Shown here: piece after piece, positions 1 to 9,132 of the stretch
Position numbering within the stretch: the stretch's first letter is position 1
How the letters are laid out: each line of letters starts with the position of its first letter
Origin: Polyangiales bacterium
GTDB lineage: Bacteria; Myxococcota_A; Polyangia; Polyangiales; Ga0077539
Assembly (NCBI GenBank): GCA_044229975.1
Contig: JBGARZ010000001.1
Coordinates: 960,001 to 1,024,000, forward strand
DNA length: 64,000 nucleotides
Direction of reading: 5' to 3'
Position numbers and translations under genes: made by a program
Notes under the pieces: generated by a model
The model's input: the letters and a program-made list of their open reading frames with translations, nothing else
Databases searched by the model: none
Told to the model about the DNA's origin: nothing

Positions 1-2
1 CC

Positions 3-1370
3 CGCGGGGGGGGCCAGCCGAGCAACAACTCGATCTGCTACCACATCGAGGCCAACCGCATCGTCGTGACCTGGCACAACGTCGGCTACTTCGCGTCGCA
101 CAACGACCGCCTCAACGACTTCCAGATGATCCTCTCGACCTCGGGCACCTGCACCCGGGTCGGCGACTTCGACGTCGAGTTTCGCTACAACCGCTGCGAG
201 TGGGTGACGGGCGACGCGTCGGGCGGCATGGGCGGCTTCGGTGGGACGCCCGCCCAGGTGGGCTTCGACGCGGGCAACCGCACCAACTACGTGGCGCTCC
301 CCGAGTCGCGCACCGCGGACATCATCAACGTGTGCCGCACCACCAACGTGCGCGGCGGCTCGCCCGGCCTCTACCGCTTCCAGATTCGCGGCGGCATCGT
401 GGGCGGCGGCTGCACGGGCGCGGGCGTGCCGTGCACCGTCGCGGGGCAGATGGGCGCGTGCGCCATGGGCGTGACCATCTGCGCGGGCACCGGCGTCACC
501 TGCCAGCAGGTCAACATGCCGCGCGCTCGCGCCTGCAACGGCTTCGACAACGACTGCGACGGCGCGCCCGACGAGGGCAACGACCTGTGCAGCTCCACCC
601 AGGTCTGCGACCGCGGCACCTGCGTCGATCGCTGCCAGCCCGAGCTCGGCTGCCTCACCGGCCGCACCTGCTCCACCCGCGGCACCTGCGTCGAGACGTC
701 CTGCCTCGACGTCGAGTGTGCGGCCGGCACGCGCTGCTCGGACGGTCGCTGCATCGGCGTCTGCGAAGGCGTGACGTGCCCCTACGCGCAGGTCTGCCGC
801 GCGGGCCGCTGCGTCAATCCCTGCCAGGGCCTCGTGTGTGACGGCCGCGACATCTGCGACGGCGATCCGCGCTCGATGACCTTCGGCACGTGCATCCCGG
901 GCTGCCAGTGCGTGCCCTGCGCCGAGGGGTCGAGCTGCCAGCCCGACGGCTACTGCGCGGCCGACCTCTGCGTCGGCGTGAGCTGCCCCACCGGCACGTA
1001 CTGCGAGGGCGGCATGTGCCGCGACGCCTGCGAGGCCGGGCCCGACACCACCCTCTGCCCCGCGGGCGAAGTGTGCCGCGACGGCAACTGCGTCCCGGGC
1101 AGCAACCCTGGGCCCACCCGCGACGCGGGCGTTGCCGACGGGGCGGTCACCGACGGCGGGCGCGTGCGCGACGCGGGCCGCAACGACAGCGGCATGGCGG
1201 GCGACGCAGCCCGTGACAGCGGCAGCGGGAGCGGCGGTCTGCCTCCCTCCAGCCGCGGGTGCAGCTGCCGCACGGCGTCGAGCGACACCGACGGGCGCTG
1301 GCCGGTCGGGCTGCTCGGCCTCGGGCTCGCCCTGACCCTGCGCCGGCGCCGACGCGCGAGCGCGCGCTGA
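3..1370 (+). CDS. NIDO (nidogen-like) domain, Cys-rich, MYXO-CTERM surface protein (5'-truncated by the window edge)
   Basis: The frame is open from the window start (RGGGQPSNNSICYHIEANRIVVTWHNVGY). NIDO-like motifs are VTWxxVGY, NDFQMIL and GGTPAQVGFDAG. A CNGFDNDCDG metal-binding repeat and a Cys-rich stalk follow. The C-terminus GCSCR...hydrophobic...RRRRR matches MYXO-CTERM. Confidence 0.85.
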   Translation, partial: RGGGQPSNNSICYHIEANRIVVTWHNVGYFASHNDRLNDFQMILSTSGTCTRVGDFDVEFRYNRCEWVTGDASGGMGGFGGTPAQVGFDAGNRTNYVALPESRTADIINVCRTTNVRGGSPGLYRFQIRGGIVGGGCTGAGVPCTVAGQMGACAMGVTICAGTGVTCQQVNMPRARACNGFDNDCDGAPDEGNDLCSSTQVCDRGTCVDRCQPELGCLTGRTCSTRGTCVETSCLDVECAAGTRCSDGRCIGVCEGVTCPYAQVCRAGRCVNPCQGLVCDGRDICDGDPRSMTFGTCIPGCQCVPCAEGSSCQPDGYCAADLCVGVSCPTGTYCEGGMCRDACEAGPDTTLCPAGEVCRDGNCVPGSNPGPTRDAGVADGAVTDGGRVRDAGRNDSGMAGDAARDSGSGSGGLPPSSRGCSCRTASSDTDGRWPVGLLGLGLALTLRRRRRASAR

Positions 1371-1425
1371 CGCCACCGACACTTTTACCCTCCCTCGTAA
1401 CAACAGCCCCCGTGAGGATCTCCCG

Positions 1426-3561
1426 ATGAAGCGATCGAAGCTCGCCCCCATGGTGTGCGCCTGTCTGGCTGCGTTCTCTGTCGCGCACTGCGGCGACGAC
1501 ACCGGCTCGACGCCCGACGCCGGCGGCGGCGGCAACAACTGCGAGGCGGCCGCGAGCATGGTGCCGGGCACCTGGCGCACCGTCGCCAGCGGAACCACGG
1601 ACAACATCCTCTCGATGTGGGGCTCGGCGCCCGACCAGCTCTACGTGCTCGGCGAGCAGACGCTGCGTCGCTACAACGGCACCGCGTGGGTCGACGGCCC
1701 GGCGCTCGAACTCGCCGACGACATGGGTCGCCGCAACTTCCGCCTGGTGTCCATCGGCGGCTTCGGCGACGCGGTGTTTGGCGGCGGCGCGAGCATCCCC
1801 GAGGACGGCTCGGCCGATCCCCCGGAGGGCGCGATTCTCCGGTATCGGGGCTCGCCGCTGATGCCGCCGATGGCGGTCACGGCGCGGCTGGGCACCACCG
1901 AGCTGCGGATGTTCTGGGGCAGCTCGGCGACGGACCTCTGGGCCGTCGGCGGCAACATGGCCTGGCACTACGACGGCACCGCGTGGACGCAGCGCTCGAC
2001 GGGCATCGCGGGCGAGAGCGACCTGCAGGCGATCTACGGGTTCGGCACCAACGATCTGTGGGCGGTGGGCGCGAAGGTCTACCGCGGCGACGGCACCACC
2101 TGGACGCAGCAGCCGCTCACCGGATCGACCTACTACTACGGGGTGTGGGGACCGGCGGCCAACGACGTGTGGCTCGTCGGCACGAGCGCCGCGCAGCGGT
2201 GGGACGGGCAGCGCTTCAACCGCGTGCTCACGGGCACCACCGGGGTGCTGCGCGCGGTGTGGGGCAGCAGCGCGACGGACGTGTGGGCCGTCGGCGCGGG
2301 CGGCACGGCGGTGCACTGGAACGGCGCGGCCTGGGGGGCCGTCCCCTCCACGACGACGCGCGACCTGCGGGCCATCTGGGGTTTCGGCGCCAACAACATC
2401 TGGGCGGCCGGGGACAACGGGGCGATCGTCAACTACGTCGCGACGCGCCCGCCGACGCCCGCTGGCAACTGCAACATGAACATGGGCGGCACCGGCTTCG
2501 GTGACGGCATGGGCATCCGCCTCGCGGCGACGCAGTTCACGATCTGCGCGCGGCGGGCCGACTCCACGGCCGCGTGCTGGGGCGCCAACAACAACGGGAT
2601 GATCGCGGACGGCACGCGCGAGACGCGCTCGGCGCCGTCGGCCATCATGGGGCTGACGGACGTGGTCGACGTGGCGGTGGGGAGGTTCCACGGCTGCGCG
2701 GTGAAGAGCGACGGCAGCGCGTGGTGCTGGGGCACCGGTCGCAGCGGGCAGATCGGCAACGGCGACATGGTCGACCAGCCGACGCCGGTGCGGGTGACCG
2801 GCATCGACGACGCGCTCACGGTGGCCGTGGGCGATCAGCACTCGTGCGTCACGCGTCGCAGCGGCGCGGCCTCGTGCTGGGGCAACAACGCCGACGGGCA
2901 GGTGGGCGACGGAACCAACTCCAACCGGGCCTTTCCGGTGACGGTGTCGGGTCCATCGGACTTCGCGCAGCTCGACGCGGGCCCCAACCACACGTGCGGC
3001 ATCCGCTCCAACGGCGGCGTGGTGTGCTGGGGCCGCGGCACGCAGGGACAGCTCGGCGACGGCATGCGGATGAACAGCGCGACGCCCGTCGAGGTCGGCG
3101 GCATCGCCGATGCGACGGCGGTCTCGACGGGCCTCGGTCACACCTGCGTGGCGCGCATGTCAGGCGGGGTCTCCTGCTGGGGAGCCAACGCCCAGGGCCA
3201 GCTCGGTGATGGCACCACGATGGACCGCGCGACCCCCGTGGCAGTGCCCGGCATCGTGACGGCGACGTCGATCGGCGCCGGCAGCCAGCACTCCTGCGCG
3301 GTGCTGCGCTCGGGTGCTGCGCGCTGCTGGGGCGCCAACACGACGGGTCAGCTCGGCAACGGCACCACGGTCGCGAGCCCGACGCCCGTGGTGGTCTCGG
3401 TGGTCGACCGGGCCATCGGCATCGTGACGGGCTTCGACTTCACCTGCGCGCTCCGCGGCAACGGCGAGGTGCTCTGCTGGGGCAACAACATGAACGGCCA
3501 GCTCGGACGCGGAAACATCGGCGGCACCGGTCCCACGCCGGAGCGCGTGACGGGCTTCTGA
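1426..3561 (+). CDS. Lipoprotein with N-terminal WGSSATDVWAVG-type beta-propeller repeats and C-terminal RCC1/BLIP-II repeats
   Basis: Signal peptide ending VAHC; about 6 repeats of (W)GxxxxDxWAVG...W; about 7 repeats of HTC...G.V.CWGxNxxGQLGDG. Confidence 0.88.
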   Translation: MKRSKLAPMVCACLAAFSVAHCGDDTGSTPDAGGGGNNCEAAASMVPGTWRTVASGTTDNILSMWGSAPDQLYVLGEQTLRRYNGTAWVDGPALELADDMGRRNFRLVSIGGFGDAVFGGGASIPEDGSADPPEGAILRYRGSPLMPPMAVTARLGTTELRMFWGSSATDLWAVGGNMAWHYDGTAWTQRSTGIAGESDLQAIYGFGTNDLWAVGAKVYRGDGTTWTQQPLTGSTYYYGVWGPAANDVWLVGTSAAQRWDGQRFNRVLTGTTGVLRAVWGSSATDVWAVGAGGTAVHWNGAAWGAVPSTTTRDLRAIWGFGANNIWAAGDNGAIVNYVATRPPTPAGNCNMNMGGTGFGDGMGIRLAATQFTICARRADSTAACWGANNNGMIADGTRETRSAPSAIMGLTDVVDVAVGRFHGCAVKSDGSAWCWGTGRSGQIGNGDMVDQPTPVRVTGIDDALTVAVGDQHSCVTRRSGAASCWGNNADGQVGDGTNSNRAFPVTVSGPSDFAQLDAGPNHTCGIRSNGGVVCWGRGTQGQLGDGMRMNSATPVEVGGIADATAVSTGLGHTCVARMSGGVSCWGANAQGQLGDGTTMDRATPVAVPGIVTATSIGAGSQHSCAVLRSGAARCWGANTTGQLGNGTTVASPTPVVVSVVDRAIGIVTGFDFTCALRGNGEVLCWGNNMNGQLGRGNIGGTGPTPERVTGF

Positions 3562-3638
3562 TCGGTCGGTCGGGGGGAGCAAACCCCCTCCTCGCAGGTG
3601 GCGATGGAGGGGGAAGAGGCGGTCGGGAGACCGATCAG
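3558..3638. terminator. Intergenic palindrome between convergent genes (bidirectional terminator or REP-like)
   Basis: Inner stem CCCCCTCCTCGC-AGGTG-GCGATGGAGGGGG (3584-3613). Outer perfect 10-bp inverted repeat CTGATCGGTC (3558-3567) / GACCGATCAG (3629-3638) contains both stop codons. There is no U-tract. Confidence 0.5.
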
Positions 3639-5542
3639 GGCTGGGCGCTCTCGAGGCTGCTGCAGTTGCGCAGGGTGTTGGAGCCCGACCGACACGGGCC
3701 CGCGTTGCAGGCGCCCGGGCAGGTCGAGCACGCATACTGACTCGCCACGCGGCAGTAGGTGCCAAACACCGGGTCGGTAAACCCACCCGAGACGGCACAC
3801 TGCCAGTTGGCGGGGTCCGCGAGGTACGCGACCGGCTGGGTGGTGCACACCGTGGCGGCGAGCTTCCACGCGCGGCACGCGGCGGAGTCGCCGGTGTTGA
3901 AGGGGTACGTTCCGCCGAGAACGGTCGCGGCCGTGGTGTTGTAGGAGCTCGTGTCGCAGCCCGCGATGGGCGAGGTCCAGCCGTGATAGAGCGGCACCAC
4001 GCCGCACGCGCCGCGGACGCATCCCTGGCCCGCCGGGCACGCGTTGCCGCACACGCCGCAGTTGGTGCGGTCGCTCTGCGTGTTGACGCACGCGCTGCCG
4101 CAGCGGGTGGCGCCCGCCGAGCACGGCGCCGCGCAGGTGCCCGCCGCGCAGACGCGGTCGGTGGCGCAGGCGCGCGCGCACATCCCGCAGTTGGCGTTGT
4201 CGGTGCGCGGGTCGACGCACAGGCTGCCGCAGAGCAGGCTCGGCTCGCCGCACACGGCCGCGTCGACGCCCGCACGCGGGCGGCAGAGCCCCTCGCGGCA
4301 GGCGAAGCCGTCGAGGCAGGTGACGCCGCAGGCGCCGCAGTTGCCGGGGTCGTTCTGCGGGTCGACGCAGCGGCCCGAGCAGATGGTCTGGTTCATCGCG
4401 CACGAGGGCGCGCAGGCGCCGCCCGAGCAGAGCTGGCCCGCCGCGCAGGTGGTGCCACACGAGCCGCAGTTGAGGCGGTCGGTGGTGGTGTCCACGCAGA
4501 GGTCGCCGCAGCGCACCGAGCCCGTCGGGCAGATGAGCCGGCACATGCCCACCTCGCAGGTCTGTCCCCCGGCGCAGGCGCGGCCGCACATGCCGCAGTT
4601 GGTGCGATCGACGAGCGGGTTGATGCACGCGCCGCCGCAGGCGATGCGCCCGAAGGGGCACTCCGTGCGGCACATGCCCGCGCTGCAATACCCCGGCGCG
4701 GCGCAGGTGGTGCCGCAGGCGCCGCAGTTGTTGGTGTCGCTGTTGGTGTCGGTGCAGCGCCCGTTGCAGACGGCGAAGCCCGCCGGGCAGCCGAGGGCCA
4801 CGCACGCGCCCGCCACGCAGCGGCGGTCGACGGGGCAGGCGTTGTCACACGCGCCGCAGTGGGCGTTGCTGCTCGCGGTGTCGATGCACGCGTCGCCGCA
4901 GGTCTCCTGACCGGCGGGGCAGACGAGGCGACACGCGCCGGCCTCGCAGATGTGGCCGGTGGGGCAGCGGTTGCCGCAGCCGCCGCAGTTGCGCTCGTCG
5001 ACCTGGGTGTCCGAGCAGATGGAGCCGACCACCGCGGCCGCCGTGCCGGTGTCGCGCGCGACGCCGCCGTCGGGCTCGCGCAGCACGTCGCAGCGGGCGT
5101 ACATCGGGCCGCACTCCACGGAGCACGCGCCCTCCGAGCACACGAGGCCCGCGGCGCAAGCGCGGCCGCAGGCGCCGCAGTGGCCGCGGTCGGTCTGGAC
5201 GTTGACGCAGTTCTGCCCGCAGCGCTCCTGGCCCGTCGGGCAGGCGCCGAGGCAGCGGCCGCTCACGCACATCTGGTCGCTGGCGCAGGCGAAGCCGCAG
5301 GTGCCGCAGTTGGCGGGGTCGGCGCTGAGGTCGAGGCAGGTGCCGCGGCAGGCCGAGAGGGGCGCGTCGCAGACCAGCTTGCCGAGGTCGGTGGTGCTGG
5401 CGTCGGTCTGCGGCACGAAGCGGGTCTCCGTCGGGCCGCAGCCGTGCGCGAGCGCGAAGAGGACGAGCGCCGCGAAGGGAGCGACAGCGCGGGACGACGA
5501 TCGGGTGGGCATGGAGGGTTCCATCGTTCGCTGGGCGTTCAT
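3635..5542 (-). CDS. Cys-rich repeat (Stig1/MXAN_6577-like) lipoprotein with an unrecognised Cys-rich C-terminal domain
   Basis: 10 repeats of C..D...D..(N/H)CGxCG..C..G..C..G.C; lipobox-like AHGC. The ATG at 5542 overlaps the upstream TGA (ATGA). Alternative starts are 5524 and 5512. Confidence 0.85.
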   Translation of the reverse strand: MNAQRTMEPSMPTRSSSRAVAPFAALVLFALAHGCGPTETRFVPQTDASTTDLGKLVCDAPLSACRGTCLDLSADPANCGTCGFACASDQMCVSGRCLGACPTGQERCGQNCVNVQTDRGHCGACGRACAAGLVCSEGACSVECGPMYARCDVLREPDGGVARDTGTAAAVVGSICSDTQVDERNCGGCGNRCPTGHICEAGACRLVCPAGQETCGDACIDTASSNAHCGACDNACPVDRRCVAGACVALGCPAGFAVCNGRCTDTNSDTNNCGACGTTCAAPGYCSAGMCRTECPFGRIACGGACINPLVDRTNCGMCGRACAGGQTCEVGMCRLICPTGSVRCGDLCVDTTTDRLNCGSCGTTCAAGQLCSGGACAPSCAMNQTICSGRCVDPQNDPGNCGACGVTCLDGFACREGLCRPRAGVDAAVCGEPSLLCGSLCVDPRTDNANCGMCARACATDRVCAAGTCAAPCSAGATRCGSACVNTQSDRTNCGVCGNACPAGQGCVRGACGVVPLYHGWTSPIAGCDTSSYNTTAATVLGGTYPFNTGDSAACRAWKLAATVCTTQPVAYLADPANWQCAVSGGFTDPVFGTYCRVASQYACSTCPGACNAGPCRSGSNTLRNCSSLESAQP

Positions 5543-7545
5543 GGGATGGGCGAGAAGCGGACGGTGCTGTTGGCCGACGGGACGCACACGGACGAGGTGT
5601 CCGAGGGGCAGCCCGAGATGGCGGCCGAGCCGTCACCGTTTTCGACGCCCACGGTGGCGGGCTCGGTGATGGCGAACTCGCGGTAGATCAGGTCGATCAC
5701 GTTGCTGCCCTCGTTGAAGACGATCTCCCCCGTGAAGGTGTCGGTGTCGCCGAGGAGCCGGGCCTGGTTCCACTCGATGACCCAGCGGCGGGTGGGCGCC
5801 GTGCCCGCCGTCGCCACGCACACGCCGGGGTTGTTCGTCGCGAGGTCGTCCCAGAAGAGGGCGACCACGGCGTTGGGCGCGCTCGCCGACGGAATCGACC
5901 CGCCGAGGGATGCGCTCGCCGCGCCATCGAGGCCGATCCAGCCGTTGCTGGCGAGGTTGACCATCGACCCCGTGGGGACGTCGACGGCCCAGTAGCGAAT
6001 CGCGAAGGGCGTCGGCGCGCGCACCGAGCCGTCGTCCGTCGTCGACAGGACGCGCAGCGACCCCTCGGCCGCGCACGCGTCGAAGAACCCGGCCGCGTTG
6101 GCGATGATCTCGCGGCGGTAGCGCGTCGGCGGCGCGTCGGTGCACATCCCGGCGAAGCACACGTCGCGGCCCGTGCAGGCGCGGCCGCACATCCCGCAGT
6201 TGGTCGCGCTCGACGTGAGGTCGATGCAGATCGAGCCGCAGCGGGTCGCCCCGGCGCCGCACACCTCGACGCAGGTGCCGTTGACGCACGCCCGGTCGCC
6301 CGCGCAGGGCCGCCCGCACATGCCGCAGTTGGCGCTGTCGTTGCGAACGTCGGTGCAGACCGCGCCGCATCGCAGGCTGGGCGACGGGCAGAACGGATCC
6401 GTCGACAGCACCGTGGTGCACACCCCGGCCGCGCAGACCTCACCGGCCGCGCAGGCCGTGCCGCACGCGCTGCAGTTGGCGGGGTCGGACGCGAGCACCG
6501 TGCAGGTGGTGCCGCAGAGCGCCTGACCCGTCGCGCAGGTGACGGCGCAGGCGCCGCCCGAGCAGACCTGCGACCCGACGCAGGTGGTGCCGCACGCTCC
6601 GCAGTTGGTGCGGTTGGACGTCGTGTCGACGCAGCGATCGCCGCAGCGGGTCTGCCCCGTCGCGCACGCCTGCCCGCAGACCCCTTCGATGCAGACCTGG
6701 CCCGTCGTGCACGTGGTGCCGCACGCTCCGCAGTTGGTCGCGCTGGTCTGCGTGTCGACGCAGTCGCCGTCGCAGCGGGTCTGGCTCGCCGCACACGCGC
6801 GGACGCACGCCCCGGCCTGACAGATGTCGCCCATGTTGCAGAGAGCGCCGCAGCGGCCGCAGTTTTCGCGGTCGGTCTGCAGGTCGGTGCAGCGCGCCCC
6901 GCACGCGGTCTGCCCCGCTCCGCACGCGCCCGGTCGGCACCGCGACGCCTGGCAGGTGAAGCCCGTCGCGCACGCCGCGCGGCAGGCGCCGCAGTTGGCG
7001 TTGTCGTTGGAGAGGTCGGCGCAGGTGGTACCGCACACCGACTCCCCGGCGGGGCACCCGGCCCGGCAGGTGGCCGCGACGCAGAGCTGCCCATCGTCGC
7101 AGGTGCGGCCGCAGGCGCCGCAGTTGGTGCGGTCGTTGGTGACGTTGACGCAGCGGGCGCCCGACGCGACGTCGCAGCGGATCGTCCCCGCCGCGCACTG
7201 CACCGCGCACTCGCCCTCGACACAGAGCTGGCCCGCGGCGCACGCGTTGCCACAAGCGCCGCAGTTGGCCTGGCTGTCCCAGGTGTCGACGCACTGGCCG
7301 CCGCAGAAGCTCTGCTTGTCGCCGCAGATGGAGAGGCAGGTGCTCGACACGCAGCGGAAGCCGTCGCCACAGGCGTTGCCGCACGCCCCGCAGTGTTGCC
7401 CGCTCGTCGAGAGGTCGACACAGGCCGCGCCGCACTGTGTCTGCGGCGGATTGCAGGTCACCCCGCCAGTGCCATCGGACGAACAACCCACCGCCGCGCT
7501 CAGCGCGACTCCTGCGGCAAGGAGCCGCCACCAGCGAAACGTCAC
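5539..7545 (-). CDS. Cys-rich repeat (Stig1-like) lipoprotein with C-terminal NIDO-like domain
   Basis: GTG at 7545 preceded by AGGAGG; lipobox AVGC; 10 NCGxCG-type repeats; C-terminal PFAIRYW...SNGWI...VALFWDDL...RRWVIEW motifs. Confidence 0.85.
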   Translation of the reverse strand: MTFRWWRLLAAGVALSAAVGCSSDGTGGVTCNPPQTQCGAACVDLSTSGQHCGACGNACGDGFRCVSSTCLSICGDKQSFCGGQCVDTWDSQANCGACGNACAAGQLCVEGECAVQCAAGTIRCDVASGARCVNVTNDRTNCGACGRTCDDGQLCVAATCRAGCPAGESVCGTTCADLSNDNANCGACRAACATGFTCQASRCRPGACGAGQTACGARCTDLQTDRENCGRCGALCNMGDICQAGACVRACAASQTRCDGDCVDTQTSATNCGACGTTCTTGQVCIEGVCGQACATGQTRCGDRCVDTTSNRTNCGACGTTCVGSQVCSGGACAVTCATGQALCGTTCTVLASDPANCSACGTACAAGEVCAAGVCTTVLSTDPFCPSPSLRCGAVCTDVRNDSANCGMCGRPCAGDRACVNGTCVEVCGAGATRCGSICIDLTSSATNCGMCGRACTGRDVCFAGMCTDAPPTRYRREIIANAAGFFDACAAEGSLRVLSTTDDGSVRAPTPFAIRYWAVDVPTGSMVNLASNGWIGLDGAASASLGGSIPSASAPNAVVALFWDDLATNNPGVCVATAGTAPTRRWVIEWNQARLLGDTDTFTGEIVFNEGSNVIDLIYREFAITEPATVGVENGDGSAAISGCPSDTSSVCVPSANSTVRFSPIP

Positions 7546-7628
7546 TTGAACCTCCTGAAGGGTGCGGGCGCAGTCTCGCCCCCTTGCCCGACGTCGGTCA
7601 ATCCAGTACCTGTCCGCCCGCACGCGCC

Positions 7629-9116
7629 GTGAGCCACCCCAACCGCGCACCGTCCGACGAGCGATCGCCGCTCGGCGTCCTCGCGCGGCAGTCGTCGGTG
7701 TACGCGCTCACGATGCTCGCCTCGCGGGCGATGTCCTTCGTGATGGTGCCCGTCTACACGCACCGCCTCGGCGCCGCGGACTACGGCGTCATCGAGCTCC
7801 TCGACACCGTCGACCTCGTGGTGCTCGTGCTCTTCTCCTCGGCCGTCGCCGACCCCTTCTTGCGACACCTCCACGACGCGCCCGACGAGCGCGCCCGCGA
7901 CCGTGTCACCTCCACCGCCATCCTCTTCCTCGTCGCCTTCGGCGCCCTCATCGCCCTCGTCGGTGCGCTCACCGCCCCCGCCCTCGCGGGCCCTCTCCTG
8001 CGCGGCGCCCACCGCGCGCCGCTCCTCCAACTCACCTTCGCCTCGGTGGCCTTCCAGGCCGCGTTGGAGATCCCCCTCGCCCGCTTCCGCGCCGCCGACC
8101 AGCCGGTGCGCTTCGCCGCGTGGACGCTCGTTCGCACCGCCCTCGGCCTCGCGCTCAACCTCACCTTCATCGCGGCCCTCGACCTCGGCGTCCGCGGCCT
8201 CGCCCTGTCCACCCTCATCGCCTCGGCCGCCACCGCCACCACGCTCTGCGCCCTCACCCTCCGCCGCACCGGCCTCGCCTTCGACCCGCTCGCGCTGCGC
8301 CGCATGCTCGCCTTCGGGTGGCCGCTCGTCCCCGGTGCGCTCGCGCTCATCGCGCTTCAGCACGGCCGCAGCTACGTGCTCAACCACTACTGCTCGCTCG
8401 AAGACGTCGGCCGCTGGGCGCTCGGGTTCAAGTTCGGCGCGCTCATCACGCAGGTCATCGGCAACCCCCTCCGCAACGCGTGGACCGCCCAGATGTACCC
8501 GCTCTGGGAATCGCCCGACGGGCGCGAGCGCTACCCCCGTGCGCTCACCGTCTTCGTCGCACTCTTCGCCTGGGCCGCGCTCGCGCTCTCGGTCGCCGCG
8601 CCCGACGTCATCGCCACGCTCGCCCCGCGCACCTTCGCGCCCGCCGCGCTCGTCATCCCCGCCGTCGCTTCCGCCTTCGCGCTGCGCGAGGTCGCGGAGT
8701 TCTTCCGCAACGGCCTCGTGCTCGGGCGCAACCCGAGGCCCATCGCGTGGATCGAGCCCGCCCTCGCGCTCCTCGACCTCGGCATCGGCATCGCGCTCGT
8801 GTCGCGCTCCGGCCTGCACGGCGCCATCGTCGCCACGCCGCTGGTCTTCGGCCTCTACGCGCTCGCCCTCCACGCCGCCGTGCGCCGCGTGCTCCCCGTC
8901 GCCTACGAGTACAAGCGCCTCGCCGCCCTCGCCGCCCTCGCCGTCGCCCTCGGGGCGGTCGGCTTCCACGGCGTCGGCGACTCGCGCGCGGTCAACGTCG
9001 CCCTGCGACTGGCCATCATCGCGGCCTACCCCGCGCTGTGCGTTGCGCTGGTGTTTCGCGCGGACGACGAGCGCGCGGCGCTGCATGCGTTGCGGCGGCG
9101 TTTGCGCTGGTGGTAG
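7629..9116 (+). CDS. Oligosaccharide flippase (Wzx/MOP-family polysaccharide biosynthesis protein)
   Basis: Many TM helices; N-terminal LARQSSVYAL..LASRAMSFVMVPVYTHRLGAADYG; LRRMLAFGWPLVP motif typical of Wzx flippases. The start (GTG 7629) is uncertain. Confidence 0.85.
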   Translation: MSHPNRAPSDERSPLGVLARQSSVYALTMLASRAMSFVMVPVYTHRLGAADYGVIELLDTVDLVVLVLFSSAVADPFLRHLHDAPDERARDRVTSTAILFLVAFGALIALVGALTAPALAGPLLRGAHRAPLLQLTFASVAFQAALEIPLARFRAADQPVRFAAWTLVRTALGLALNLTFIAALDLGVRGLALSTLIASAATATTLCALTLRRTGLAFDPLALRRMLAFGWPLVPGALALIALQHGRSYVLNHYCSLEDVGRWALGFKFGALITQVIGNPLRNAWTAQMYPLWESPDGRERYPRALTVFVALFAWAALALSVAAPDVIATLAPRTFAPAALVIPAVASAFALREVAEFFRNGLVLGRNPRPIAWIEPALALLDLGIGIALVSRSGLHGAIVATPLVFGLYALALHAAVRRVLPVAYEYKRLAALAALAVALGAVGFHGVGDSRAVNVALRLAIIAAYPALCVALVFRADDERAALHALRRRLRWW

Positions 9117-9132
9117 ACCGTCGACCGTCGTG

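Noticed and set aside
3990..7460. Recurring GCCGCAGTT(G) units at ~110-130 bp spacing resembling a CRISPR array
   Set aside because: They are the coding NCG motif of protein repeats. They are short, degenerate at third codon positions, and no cas genes are present.
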